From: a bacterium
GTDB lineage: Bacteria > Hinthialibacterota > Hinthialibacteria > Hinthialibacterales > Hinthialibacteraceae
DNA length: 64,000 bases
Assembly (NCBI GenBank): GCA_963662285.2
Contig: CAXXMV010000006.1
Location: 288,001-352,000, forward strand
Direction of reading: 5' to 3'
Under the pieces are notes generated by a model. That model did no database searches, was not told the DNA's origin, and worked only from the letters and a program-made list of their open reading frames with translations. Each line of letters starts with the position of its first letter. Position 1 is the stretch's first letter. The position numbers and the translations under genes are program-made. Shown here piece after piece: positions 1-10,200 of this stretch.

Positions 1-1080
1 AAGATAATCTCTGGACGGTGGTTCTTTCTCGAAACCCTTAACAATCAGTGCCAGACGCTTCTGTAACACAGATGCTGGCATTTCACCATCCACGAGCAAG
101 ACCCGATGAGGTTTCTTCACCTGCCAGCCTAAGAATTCATTTCCGGAAGCAATTGCGTATGCCATGGTGTCGCATAAAAAAGTTTTTCCACGGCCTCTTG
201 GACCGTAAATCATGGCCAAACCCTTTTCTTGCAGCCATGGATCTAAAATGCTTTTGATATCTGGAAATTGAATCTGCAAAAAGTCTGCGATATTACAAGG
301 CTTAATAATCGTCCGTGAATGATAAAGAGGTGTAGCAGTGGCTATTTCAATGAGTTTTTCAGCTGTCCCGCCTATGTCAAACCAATCACTCACATCTCCT
401 TTTTCCAGCAGATTTGGCAAAGAGAGGATTTTTATGCTTTTTGCGATTCCTGAAAGTGATGAGGCTATCAATTCGGCGTGCTTCTTACCCGAAGGATCAT
501 TGTCCGGCAAGATACAAATATCTTTGTTCCTGAAATATCCGTTATATTCCTTTTCCCACTTACCGGCGCCGCCAGCATTGCATGTTGCAGTTAAGTCGTG
601 GGATTGTAGCCTCAGTACATCCTTTTCACCTTCAGGGATGAATACCGGTTTATCGGGATCTGATGATATCAATTCAGGTAATTGATAGAGAGGTTTATTG
701 GTTCCCTGAGTGTTCCATATCCATCCACTCTTCCCGTCAGGGCGGCGCTGGCGGAAATCTTTTGGTTCTCTTCTAACTACTTGGAATACCAGTTCACCCG
801 CGCTGTCTCGATAATCGTATATTTCTTTAATAACCGGAGCGGGAGTATTTGGAAAAAGATCCGATTGCTGGATCACAAGAGACCCGCAAATCTGGTTAAG
901 ATCACAGCCCGCATGACATTTCAAAAGTATATTTCCGCTTTCTTTGCTTATCCCTATTGATAAACTTTCCGTTTGATCGTCATGAGAGAGGCAGTAACCA
1001 CTCCATTGATTGTCGGATACCCAATGGGCCTTAGTTTTCTCTACGATAATATCAAGAGTTTGTTTATTGTATTTTTTCAT
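1..1080 (-). CDS. Zn-finger/TOPRIM primase fused to RepA-like (AAA_25) helicase, 3' end runs off the window
   Basis: Manual translation from ATG at 1080: MKKYNKQ...YCLSHDDQTESLSI...LLKCHAGC (Zn finger), YDYRD...FQVVR, FIPEGEKDV, ILPDNDPSG, KGDVSDW (TOPRIM), IYGPRGRGKT (Walker A), LLVDGEM; open to base 1. Not in the ORF track. Confidence 0.9.
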   Translation of the reverse strand, partial: MKKYNKQTLDIIVEKTKAHWVSDNQWSGYCLSHDDQTESLSIGISKESGNILLKCHAGCDLNQICGSLVIQQSDLFPNTPAPVIKEIYDYRDSAGELVFQVVRREPKDFRQRRPDGKSGWIWNTQGTNKPLYQLPELISSDPDKPVFIPEGEKDVLRLQSHDLTATCNAGGAGKWEKEYNGYFRNKDICILPDNDPSGKKHAELIASSLSGIAKSIKILSLPNLLEKGDVSDWFDIGGTAEKLIEIATATPLYHSRTIIKPCNIADFLQIQFPDIKSILDPWLQEKGLAMIYGPRGRGKTFLCDTMAYAIASGNEFLGWQVKKPHRVLLVDGEMPASVLQKRLALIVKGFEKEPPSRDYL

Positions 1081-1110
1081 ATTTTTCCTCATTCTGATGG
1101 GTGCAGGTAT

Positions 1111-1524
1111 TTATAAAAACAAATACCCGTTTTTGAATTCATCACGTAGAAAGTTTTGTCTGTAAGTAGGTTCAACACATTTGAACTTGAAGGAACCGTA
1201 GGGATCATCCATGGATGTAATAAGATCCATAGTAACCTCAATCATATATTCAGAAATTAATAATTCTCTGTCATTTAACTGGGTGAGATATCTCATAAAG
1301 TTCTCGACGTTACCGTGATTTAACATTGATAGAGAAATAATTTTATTCCCTGTATCAATAACAAGTTCTATTACTGTGGTTGTTGGCTGGGGTAATCTAC
1401 CGAAATTGAGGAAACAAATTTCTCTAGATATAACTATTCCTTTAAATACCATATGTTCCTGACCCACTTCATCAAAACAATAATCAGTTATACTTACTTT
1501 TTCTGTTTGTCTTTCTAATTTCAT
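1111..1524 (-). CDS. Hypothetical protein, first gene of the primase-helicase operon
   Basis: 137-aa ORF with AGAGGAG RBS; 30 bp from the primase-helicase start. Confidence 0.7.
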   Translation of the reverse strand: MKLERQTEKVSITDYCFDEVGQEHMVFKGIVISREICFLNFGRLPQPTTTVIELVIDTGNKIISLSMLNHGNVENFMRYLTQLNDRELLISEYMIEVTMDLITSMDDPYGSFKFKCVEPTYRQNFLRDEFKNGYLFL

Positions 1525-1569
1525 AATTTATACTCCTCTATTTATTTTTTGTAATTCATACATATATTG

Positions 1570-1586
1570 AGCAATTGCTATGCCAA
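1570..1586 (-). promoter_or_regulatory. sigma54 (-24/-12) promoter
   Basis: Minus strand reads TTGGCATAGCAATTGCT = GG-N10-GC, matching TGGCAC-N5-TTGCW, about 45 bp upstream of the ORF 1524 start. Confidence 0.7.
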
Positions 1587-1916
1587 TATAACAACATGGC
1601 TTATTATGCTGATATTCATAGACTTATATATTTTTTTATTTAACTTGCATATAGTGTGTATTTAGGTTGCGTAGTAGGGTAATCTTATTAAGTAATATTT
1701 TTACAAATCTAATTTTTTCTGATGGTTATATAGTTTGCTTGGATACAGTTTATTACATTTTTACCGCACTAAGTTGTTCTATATATTGTATTTACAATGT
1801 ATATTCGCATGGCTGACTTATAATTAGGTTTCATAAATTCTAGTATTGATGTAGTTATGTTTCGTATAGTGGCGTAGGAGTACGAGTCGGCAAAAAGTGG
1901 ACGGAAGACAAAGATC

Positions 1917-1964
1917 ACACTATATCTTGTATATCAAACTTTATAATAATCACTAGATATTGTG
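1917..1964. promoter_or_regulatory. Tandem NrdR boxes
   Basis: CACTATATCTTGTA (1918-1931) and CACTAGATATTGTG (1951-1964), 33 bp apart; fit the acaCwAtATaTwGtg consensus and its paired arrangement. Confidence 0.6.
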
Positions 1965-2019
1965 GTTATGAAAACTGTTTTGATTTTTTACTGTTTCGTT
2001 ATTTAGATTTTGCATATCT

Positions 2020-3876
2020 GACGCACCAGTAAAAAGTCCTATTCGTGATTTATCCCGAAATTCAATTTCCTCATCCACGGTGGAGCATGTAAGTCAGGCT
2101 TGATGAAGAACCGGATTGTAAATGTATGCTTTATCAGAATCCAGAGTGATTGATACATCGAAAATGGCGAAAAACGGGCGTTTTTACGCTCTCGCCGCCT
2201 GAAAGATGTTCCAGCCCAGCACTTTTAACGTCACCGCCAGGCGCACTCTTGCCAGCCCTCTCACTCTCAAGCGCCCTATTCCCAACTTTCGTTTCAGTTT
2301 CGCGTTTACCGCTTCGATTCCCGAACGCATCCGGTATTTCTCCCGGAACTCTTTCGACTCCTCCGACACCCGCCGTTGCGCTAATCGCAATTGCTTCGGG
2401 GTATATTCCAACTTATGATCATCACTCAAGCCCACGCAGCAATAGTCCCGATGATCGCACGCTTCACAAGTCGCCGGATCAAAATAGATTTTCAATTTAT
2501 CGTTTTTCCCTCTGCGGATTTCGCACGGGGCTTCTCCGCCGGGACACTTACATATTTCACCCGTTTCTTCATCCTGCCAAAAATCATCCAGGATCAGCAT
2601 GCTCTCTTTACTTTTCGGTTTACCCAAGGTGGGAGCGATTAAGTCAATCCCTGCCGCCGCCGCTTTTTGTACATTGTCATCACTGCCATATGAACTGTCG
2701 GCCAACAATTCGTCTGGAGCGCAACCGCGTTTTTTCATATCTTCAATGGCAGGTTGCAACGCATCGCTGTCGCTGCAATTGGCCGATTCAACCTCAATGT
2801 AAGTAATTAAATTCGGTTGTGTTGGTTCGCCTTCGTCCTTGGCATCCTGATGTGTTTCTACCAACTGCACTTGATAGCCCTCTCCCTTGTGGCCGCTATA
2901 TCCCGCATCGGGATCGGAAGGATTTTGCAGACTGTCGGCTGAAACATTTTTGGTTTCTTTGAGTTCAACCTTCGCGTCATCCGCCTCGCCGCTTACATCG
3001 CATTGTTCGTTCAGCACACGTTGCAACAGACCGAAAACGCCCATGCCGCGCACCTTGCGGTGGGTGCGAAAAGTTTCCACCAACACTAATAAATCTGCCG
3101 CCGCCTGCTCTAACGCCGCCTTGGATTCTGAAGGTTTGACCTGGGCGAAATAACCGTTTTTCTCTCCCAGATAACGCTCGACCAGTTCGCCGTCAATTTT
3201 ACTTTTTAATATCCGGGAATGTTCGCGACGCATGACTTTCAAAAATTTCTCAATGGTTCTTTGGAACAAACCCAAGCGGTTCAAGCGCTGCATATCGGAA
3301 CGAATGTGGGTAGAATCCAAACGCTGTTTGTTAGTAGGGATGTTAAATTGTCTGAGCAGATTGTCAGTCAGCAATTGAAAAAGAATTACATCAATTTTAT
3401 GATTTACCATCAACAAACGATAGGCGCGTAATGTTCGTTCACATACATATTTCGTTTCATCACCTTCCGAGCGAAGGTTTAAGGCGAAATGCCATTCGAT
3501 GTTGAATGCAAATTGGCGAATAGTCTCATCATCAGTGAGATCGAACATGTGTTGTAAAATCAAAACACTGAGAACAGTCCGTAATTCTTTGGTAGGACGT
3601 CCCATAGTCTCATGAAAATATTTCTTGATCTCATCTACAGGGATTTTGTGAAATAAGTCATCTCTGAATAACAGGGCCCAACCACCTCGAAGAAGGTCTT
3701 TCCGTTTGTCGCCCAGAAAATAAAATGGATCAATCAAATAGTCTTGTTGGGGGGAATCGATGCGTCTCATAATTCGACCTTACACGCTGTATTTACACAA
3801 GTTAAGTATAGCGCAATATGATAGTTCAGTCAAGAAAAAACTGCCTTTTTAACCGCTGACTTTTTGCCGGAGCGGC
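2020..3876 (-). mobile_element. IS1182-like insertion sequence with 19-bp imperfect TIRs and 6-bp target duplication ATATCT
   Basis: Left end GACGCACCAGTAAAAAGTC vs reverse complement of right end GCCGCTCCGGCAAAAAGTC (15/19); ATATCT at 2014-2019 and 3877-3882. Confidence 0.85.
2184..3770 (-). CDS. IS1182-family DDE transposase
   Basis: GRP...LQHMFDLTD N-terminal (DUF772-like), RLDSTH, LLADSSY, C-terminal CEAC..C and YRMRSGIEAVNAKLKR. Confidence 0.9.
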   Translation of the reverse strand: MRRIDSPQQDYLIDPFYFLGDKRKDLLRGGWALLFRDDLFHKIPVDEIKKYFHETMGRPTKELRTVLSVLILQHMFDLTDDETIRQFAFNIEWHFALNLRSEGDETKYVCERTLRAYRLLMVNHKIDVILFQLLTDNLLRQFNIPTNKQRLDSTHIRSDMQRLNRLGLFQRTIEKFLKVMRREHSRILKSKIDGELVERYLGEKNGYFAQVKPSESKAALEQAAADLLVLVETFRTHRKVRGMGVFGLLQRVLNEQCDVSGEADDAKVELKETKNVSADSLQNPSDPDAGYSGHKGEGYQVQLVETHQDAKDEGEPTQPNLITYIEVESANCSDSDALQPAIEDMKKRGCAPDELLADSSYGSDDNVQKAAAAGIDLIAPTLGKPKSKESMLILDDFWQDEETGEICKCPGGEAPCEIRRGKNDKLKIYFDPATCEACDHRDYCCVGLSDDHKLEYTPKQLRLAQRRVSEESKEFREKYRMRSGIEAVNAKLKRKLGIGRLRVRGLARVRLAVTLKVLGWNIFQAARA

Positions 3877-4227
3877 ATATCTTAGAATTGCTTATTTCAG
3901 TGATTTGAATCCCAGCGGTATAGGTAGGTAGCATTATCGCGGATTCTGTAAGTTGGAGAGCGCAAAAATAGGAAAATTGATTCAACGTTGGTGTTAAGGA
4001 GCTGTCATGTAAGCGTTATAACTAAGCCAACGAACATGTTGCCTGGATTCCATAGGATTATTAGAAGCCTGATGGAGATAAGCCTTTATTACCATAGGGC
4101 CGACGTGCTGGGAATTCTCAACCATCTACGCGGACAATGGATTTCGTGCGCCCAACAAATTCATTATCCTGAGGAAACGTAGAATCAACGTTGATTTTGA
4201 TTTATGCGCTAATTATATACCCAGTAT

Positions 4228-4279
4228 AACCGTGTTCACACGTTCATGTCCATATGAATATGAACACGTGAACACGGTT
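4228..4279. repeat. Inverted repeat AACCGTGTTCAC...GTGAACACGGTT with inner GTTCAT/ATGAAC
   Basis: Perfect 12-bp arms at 4228-4239 and 4268-4279, plus an inner 6-bp pair. Confidence 0.7.
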
Positions 4280-4336
4280 GAAGATATACGTTGTTTGATA
4301 TTTTGCTCTACAACGTTATTTTTTATAAACAATGGA

Positions 4337-6568
4337 TCAGCAGGCGTATGGTTCATCGTTTTCTTTCATATTCTTTTTCGCCCATGAAGCCATAGTTTGT
4401 CGTTTCATATGATTTCCCGTTTTTTTCTTGTAAAGATCAGCAGCTTTCTGTGGATTTTTATTTGCACTTATCCAGCACTCTTTCCTGATATTATTCTCTG
4501 TATCAGACAAAGAGCGTGGACGGCCACGCTTTTTACTATCAGGATTATCAAACACATTGGGATTAAGCAATAACATGGCTGCCATAACTGTTGTCGCTTC
4601 TGGGATTATCTCTCTAGATTCAGGTAGTATATTACGGACATATCTCCCATCAATTTCCTGCATATTATCAATCTCCATCTGATCCTTGAGCGCCTCTATG
4701 ATTTTCAGACTAGCACGAATATTACTGTTCTTTAATTCTACCTCTCCCAACAACGCAAGGGCATAAGGGTGGATTGAGATAGATTTATTTTTGATAAATT
4801 CATATGGAATTCTTAAACGATCCCATCCTCTATCTCGTAGCGGGGGGACGACTATAGTGCTGTATGGATTTAATCGGTTAATTAAATCAGGAAGGAACGT
4901 TGTGTGATCTTCTGCATTTAACAATTCTTCTTTAGTTTTTGTTGTAGCAAAAACAACTTTAACATTTATCTTGTCCGGTTTTGTTGCACCAATCTTCATA
5001 ACTTCCATTTTATCCACGTCATTAACTGCGCGGAGTAACATACCTTGGACATGTAAAGATAGTAAGTGAAATTCATCGAGGAACAAAACTCCTTTGTCTG
5101 CTGCTTGAAAAAAACCGCCTGTAGTCTCGTTAGCACTGTTATGTGAACCTTCTTCATAACCGAAAAGCTGAGATACTGCCAATGTCTCAGTAAATGTTTT
5201 ACAATTCACCATTACAAACGGAGTTTCGGGATAGTGAATTTCATGGATTGCTTCAGCGACAAATTCTTTACCTGTGCCTGATTCACCAGATACTAATACA
5301 AGTTCTTTGTCTTTACTTCGTTTCAACGTAGATTTCATTAATCGATGTATTATATCTGATTCACCTAACCATTTTTTGAAGCAATCATCTGTTTCTTTGA
5401 TTTTTTCAATCTCTTTGTTTGATTCCATAACTTTTTTAGACTTTTCATATTGTCTGATTAAACTATTTGTCTCATTTTTATATAATTTTTCCTGGTGTTG
5501 TGAGTATTGTTTGTTGTTCTTTGGATTATATATTACTTCTTTAATAATGTTTTCGGCTGACTTACATTCTCCAATCTTTAACAACAAAAAACTTTTTCTA
5601 TTTTTTAATGCATACAAATAAAAAAGCATTGCTTCGTTCCACGTTAATTCAGGCTCAGTTTGAATGTGCACTCCATGCATCTTGAGAATTTCTATCTTTT
5701 CTTGAGGTAAAGGTATCTTTGCTTTAGTCAGGTTTATGGATTCCTTAAATGCATCAAAAAGTGGATTTGTTTCTTGTGCTACATAATCGACAGATCTATT
5801 TAATAGATACTTACATTGTTCCATTTTGAAATTACAATAAGCAATATCAGTTTGAATGTCGATGATAATATCATGTCTGGACTTTTTAGCCTCTTCTTCT
5901 TTAGAAATTAAAGTAACATTGGATAAATCACTAATATAACAACGATGAATTGGCATTCGCTCTTGTTTCTCATTCTCTAAGAATATCAATATTTGTTTGC
6001 CTTCTTCATATGAATATGGGATAACAGAATTTGTATTAAAATCAAATGATAACCATTCTTTAGAGAGTTTAATTATTTTGTTCGATAATTCATGATGATT
6101 AATATCACTAACAATACAACGTAGAATTTCTTTTTTATCAGATTTAATAAAAAGACGGAATCTATTATTATATTTGCTTAGAAGAAAGATTTTGCATCTA
6201 TACGGATGTTTATTTTTTAGGGGGTCTTTGTTAGTTATGAATTCGCGAAAAACATGGTAGATAATATTATCATAGTGAAATATTTGATTTGCATCTTTTG
6301 AACGAGAATCTATCAGCAGGCGCTCCTCAAAAAAATTCTCATCAGGTAGAAAACGACTATGAATATTATCATAAAGGAGTTCTTGATCCTTTGTTTCCAA
6401 TAAAGACCATGCTTGCTTTTTTGATTCTACTAGTATTTTTCCATTTTGGGTTGTGGGATTTTTTTCATATACTGCTGGGGGATATTCATTACTTCGCTCA
6501 AATACGATTACACATTCTTTATCCTTGATATTTGGACTATTAAGGTTCTTTGGTAGAACTAATTTCAT
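4337..6568 (-). CDS. sigma54-activator-like (bEBP) AAA+ regulator with a large unknown N-terminal region and a divergent GAFTGA loop
   Basis: GESGTGKE, FVMVNC, SQLFGYEEGSHNSA (GAFTGA position), GVLFLDE, VVFAT, DLINRL, VPPLRDR; C-terminal KKRGRPR plus HTH-like tail; ATG 6568 chosen from GGAG RBS spacing. Confidence 0.85.
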   Translation of the reverse strand: MKLVLPKNLNSPNIKDKECVIVFERSNEYPPAVYEKNPTTQNGKILVESKKQAWSLLETKDQELLYDNIHSRFLPDENFFEERLLIDSRSKDANQIFHYDNIIYHVFREFITNKDPLKNKHPYRCKIFLLSKYNNRFRLFIKSDKKEILRCIVSDINHHELSNKIIKLSKEWLSFDFNTNSVIPYSYEEGKQILIFLENEKQERMPIHRCYISDLSNVTLISKEEEAKKSRHDIIIDIQTDIAYCNFKMEQCKYLLNRSVDYVAQETNPLFDAFKESINLTKAKIPLPQEKIEILKMHGVHIQTEPELTWNEAMLFYLYALKNRKSFLLLKIGECKSAENIIKEVIYNPKNNKQYSQHQEKLYKNETNSLIRQYEKSKKVMESNKEIEKIKETDDCFKKWLGESDIIHRLMKSTLKRSKDKELVLVSGESGTGKEFVAEAIHEIHYPETPFVMVNCKTFTETLAVSQLFGYEEGSHNSANETTGGFFQAADKGVLFLDEFHLLSLHVQGMLLRAVNDVDKMEVMKIGATKPDKINVKVVFATTKTKEELLNAEDHTTFLPDLINRLNPYSTIVVPPLRDRGWDRLRIPYEFIKNKSISIHPYALALLGEVELKNSNIRASLKIIEALKDQMEIDNMQEIDGRYVRNILPESREIIPEATTVMAAMLLLNPNVFDNPDSKKRGRPRSLSDTENNIRKECWISANKNPQKAADLYKKKTGNHMKRQTMASWAKKNMKENDEPYAC

Positions 6569-7130
6569 TATCAATACTCCTGGTAATGGATAATATCTTT
6601 TTTATCCAAAGCACGGATCAAACCATAAATCAATATCCGAGATTAATCCATTCTCCACAATTTGGTTGTATGGTAAAGTTCAGTGTATTAATGATCTAAT
6701 AAATTGTTGATCTCTACGATAATACCAATTGATGTCAATAGAATGCTTCGAAAGTAACCAATATTTTGAGTGATCCCATCTTCGCTGACCTGAGTTCTAA
6801 TATCCAAGAGTTTGACTTGATATCCATAAGTTGGTAGATTTCTATATCCTGTACTGCCCAACCTATTGTTATCACCAGTTTTACTCTATCAAAATCTATT
6901 TATAGATCAACACGTCTGATAACGTCTATCATTCGGAAATACTGAAGATATCGCGTTGGAAACGGTAAGTATCAACCTAAAATCGGGGTACATGAATCAA
7001 ATATTATCCAAAGTTGGGCTATTAAGTAGCCTGCCCTTTTTTTGTCTTTTTCTGAAATAATACCAAAAATCTCCATAATTCCATATATTTCACACTCCAG
7101 ACTTCATTCTGACGGCGCAATTCTTATGTT

Positions 7131-7159
7131 TTGATTTTAAAAACACAATAAAGTATAAA
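7131..7159 (+). promoter_or_regulatory. sigma70-type promoter candidate for the replicase gene
   Basis: TTGATT-N17-TATAAA about 110 bp upstream of the start. Confidence 0.45.
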
Positions 7160-7268
7160 GAAGTAATGAACTGTTAACCCTCATTGCGGTGATGACCTTG
7201 GTTTATCTCCCCAGTTGGCGCCGCCGCACTACTCCTTTTTTTAATCCCCAACCAACAATTCAGGAGAA

Positions 7269-10200
7269 ATGCTTATGAACAAAATCAGTATTACACCCAA
7301 GGACTGTCTACGCCAAAATGGCCCTTATCAACCAGTCGACAGAGATGATTACATCAATCACTTAGAACAAAGTAAGCCTCAGTTGCATTCTGGCGATACC
7401 GCGATTTATATCAAAAGAGAAATCCTAATAGACAATGATCCGGCTTATTTTCTTTATATGGATATTGATGGCGAGGGTAATAACGAGCGTGAGAAAATTA
7501 AGAGCGCAATCAGCCAGGCGTGTATGGTCACGAGAATTTTGAAAAAAATAGCTGTATACGGCAATTGTATGTATATCGCAACTGGTGGAACAGGATTCAG
7601 AGTTGTTTCTAATCTGGTCGTCAGCAAAGAATATTATGATGCGTACATTAACTTTCTAGAAGCAGAGATGAGTTTTTTGGATTTCAAACCCATCCGTGAC
7701 ATAAAACAGCCGCATCAGTTATTCGCTTATCGAGGAAACATTAACCAAACCTCAAAGCCGCCAGTAGATCGTCACTCAATGATTGTTAACCCAAGCCGTA
7801 TTCTAGATAATACTTTTACGGTTGACGATTATTTACGGGAGACTAACAGTAATCCTGATCCAGTCGATTATATCTTTTATTTAGAAACATTTTTGCGGTT
7901 TATAAGATTGAATACAACTCACGGAAATCTTCTTAACACACTTAATCAATACCTTTCGCCCTCATCAAAATTCAATTTTCATCTGACCGATCTTACCTTT
8001 ATCCATAAATATCAAAAATCAATGGCGTTAGAAGAGATGTCTGAATTACTCACAGAGAATGATATTAACCACAAGATCGAAAATCGTGGGAGTCGAATGG
8101 CTATATCTTTTAAAAACATTGAATGTCCTGTTTGTGGAAAAAGAACGGTCAACGCATGGGCTTATCCTCCCCATTACACGTTGCGTTGCCATGGCGGCAA
8201 TTGTCCGGCGAATCAGGGTATGCCGTTCCATGAATGGTCAAAAATCGATTTACAGATATCCAATCATGCAGGCCAATGGAGTTCACCGCTTTGGATGAAT
8301 CCTACAGATTACGTCGATATGGCTGTGGCCCAGAATGCTATCACTGACGAGTTAAATAAGGCCGCTGACAGTATCATATCAGCGACGCCGGGATCAGGGA
8401 AAACTTATCTGGCATGTAAATATCTTGCGCAGATATCAGAATCCAAACTGGTACTTTATAGTTGCCGCAACCGAGACCAAAAAGAAGAAGCCTATCAGCA
8501 ATACATAAGTATGAATCCAATCCTGCCTGGTCATCTGCTCAGTTCCCGTGATGAATTATGCTCACAGAAAGACAAACTCAAGAGTGTAGCCAATCGGGGG
8601 TATCCACCGGCTCAATACGTATGCAACTCGTGTCCTGATAGAGATGGTTGCCAGTATTATCAAGAGCGTAGCAACATTAAAGCGGGCGTCTACTTTTGCA
8701 CCCACGCAATGTTGCCGTATCTGAAGAAACAATTCAAAGATGTGGATCTGGTTATATTGGATGAAAATCTCCAGGAAGGTCTCTTGAACAAATATACATG
8801 CCGTATGACAGATATGCAAAAGTTACTTGGAGTGTTATCGAATAAATGTTTAGCGACGGTTACCGCAATTATCGATTTGGCCAATGAGATCGTGAATCAC
8901 TATTTCAAATCAGGCTCCCAGTATACCAAACTTTTGCTGGGGGACGATATCAAGATGAATTCAAGTGAAGTTAAGCCGGATACCATTCTGAATATATTGG
9001 CTAAGTCATTCAATGAGACTGTAGATGAAACCAAAGATCGAATCAAACAGGTCATTAAGCAACTGTCAGCATCAACGCTGTTTCGTAAAAATATCGATTA
9101 CAAAACAAAATACTGGCTTAAAGGATTAGTTGAAGATGGCATTTTTTCATATTTTCAGGTTGGCGAACAGGGGGCTGCATTTTCATATAAGAGCATATCG
9201 ACATTCCCATTTACTGGCGCTACGGTCAAAGTTTTGGACGCAACCGCCGTCACTCAGGTCGTGAACCGATTATTAGCCAGAACAATTGTACCAACTACCA
9301 TCCATGTTAAGTGGGAGGGTGAGCGCATTCATTTCAAAAGAAGCGCCAGCAGAGTCAGTATGCGGGGAATGACGGATAAAGAGTTGAAAGCCTTGCTAAC
9401 AAAAATGATTGCAACAATATCAAGTCAAAAAGTAATGGTGCTGACTTATGATTTCATGAGAACGAAAATAATGGAGATGTGCAGCGCCATTGATCCAAGT
9501 AAAGAGTATGTTGGGTTTTATTACCACGGCCCAAGAGGGATTAACGAGTTCGAATCATGCAGTGCTGTTATGGCAATTGGCTTACCCTATGAGAATCCCA
9601 ATGAGTCGATACAGGATTCTTTGATACTGCTGGATTCAGACGAAGCAGAAGATTTATCATGTTACTGGACTGAAATGCGCATGGCAAGTGAGTTGTATCA
9701 ATCCATTCATCGCATACGTCCAATTCGCACAAATAATCCAGAAATTGTATTGGCGTCAAAGATATGGCCAAAATGTTTAGGTCAACCAACAAACGTTATT
9801 GATCAGTCAAAAAGAATGAATCGGGTAGAATCCTGTGTGCAGCGTATCAAGTCAATCATTGATAAAGTCGGCTTCTTTAACCAGGACATTGGGTTTGCTC
9901 TGAATATGTATGTGAAGACAAAAGTAGCGCAATACAATAAGTTTCGTAGTAAAGTACTTGGATTTGTTGAAGATACAACATGGTGCAAGGTTAATTCCGA
10001 TGCAGTCCATGGTAAGATAATCAGGTCTTCATTCTGTGCTGATGTAAATATAAATGTTCTGTACATGATGGATATAGACAAAAGGTTAATCATCCCTATA
10101 TATAATACTAAAAGGGATGATTACCCCTTTACTAATGTGTTACCAGACTTGAAAAACATTATCTCCAGTCATAACAATGATACCACAATAACCCTGACGT

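Noticed and set aside
48-960. Three + strand ORFs in the track
   Set aside because: Antisense shadows of the minus-strand primase-helicase
7111-7128. Possible sigma54 site CGGCGCAATTCTTAT before the replicase
   Set aside because: Lacks the -12 GC; a sigma70-type promoter fits better
7184-7242. GC-rich stem plus T-run in the replicase leader (attenuator?)
   Set aside because: Pairing is short and imperfect; no recognisable riboswitch
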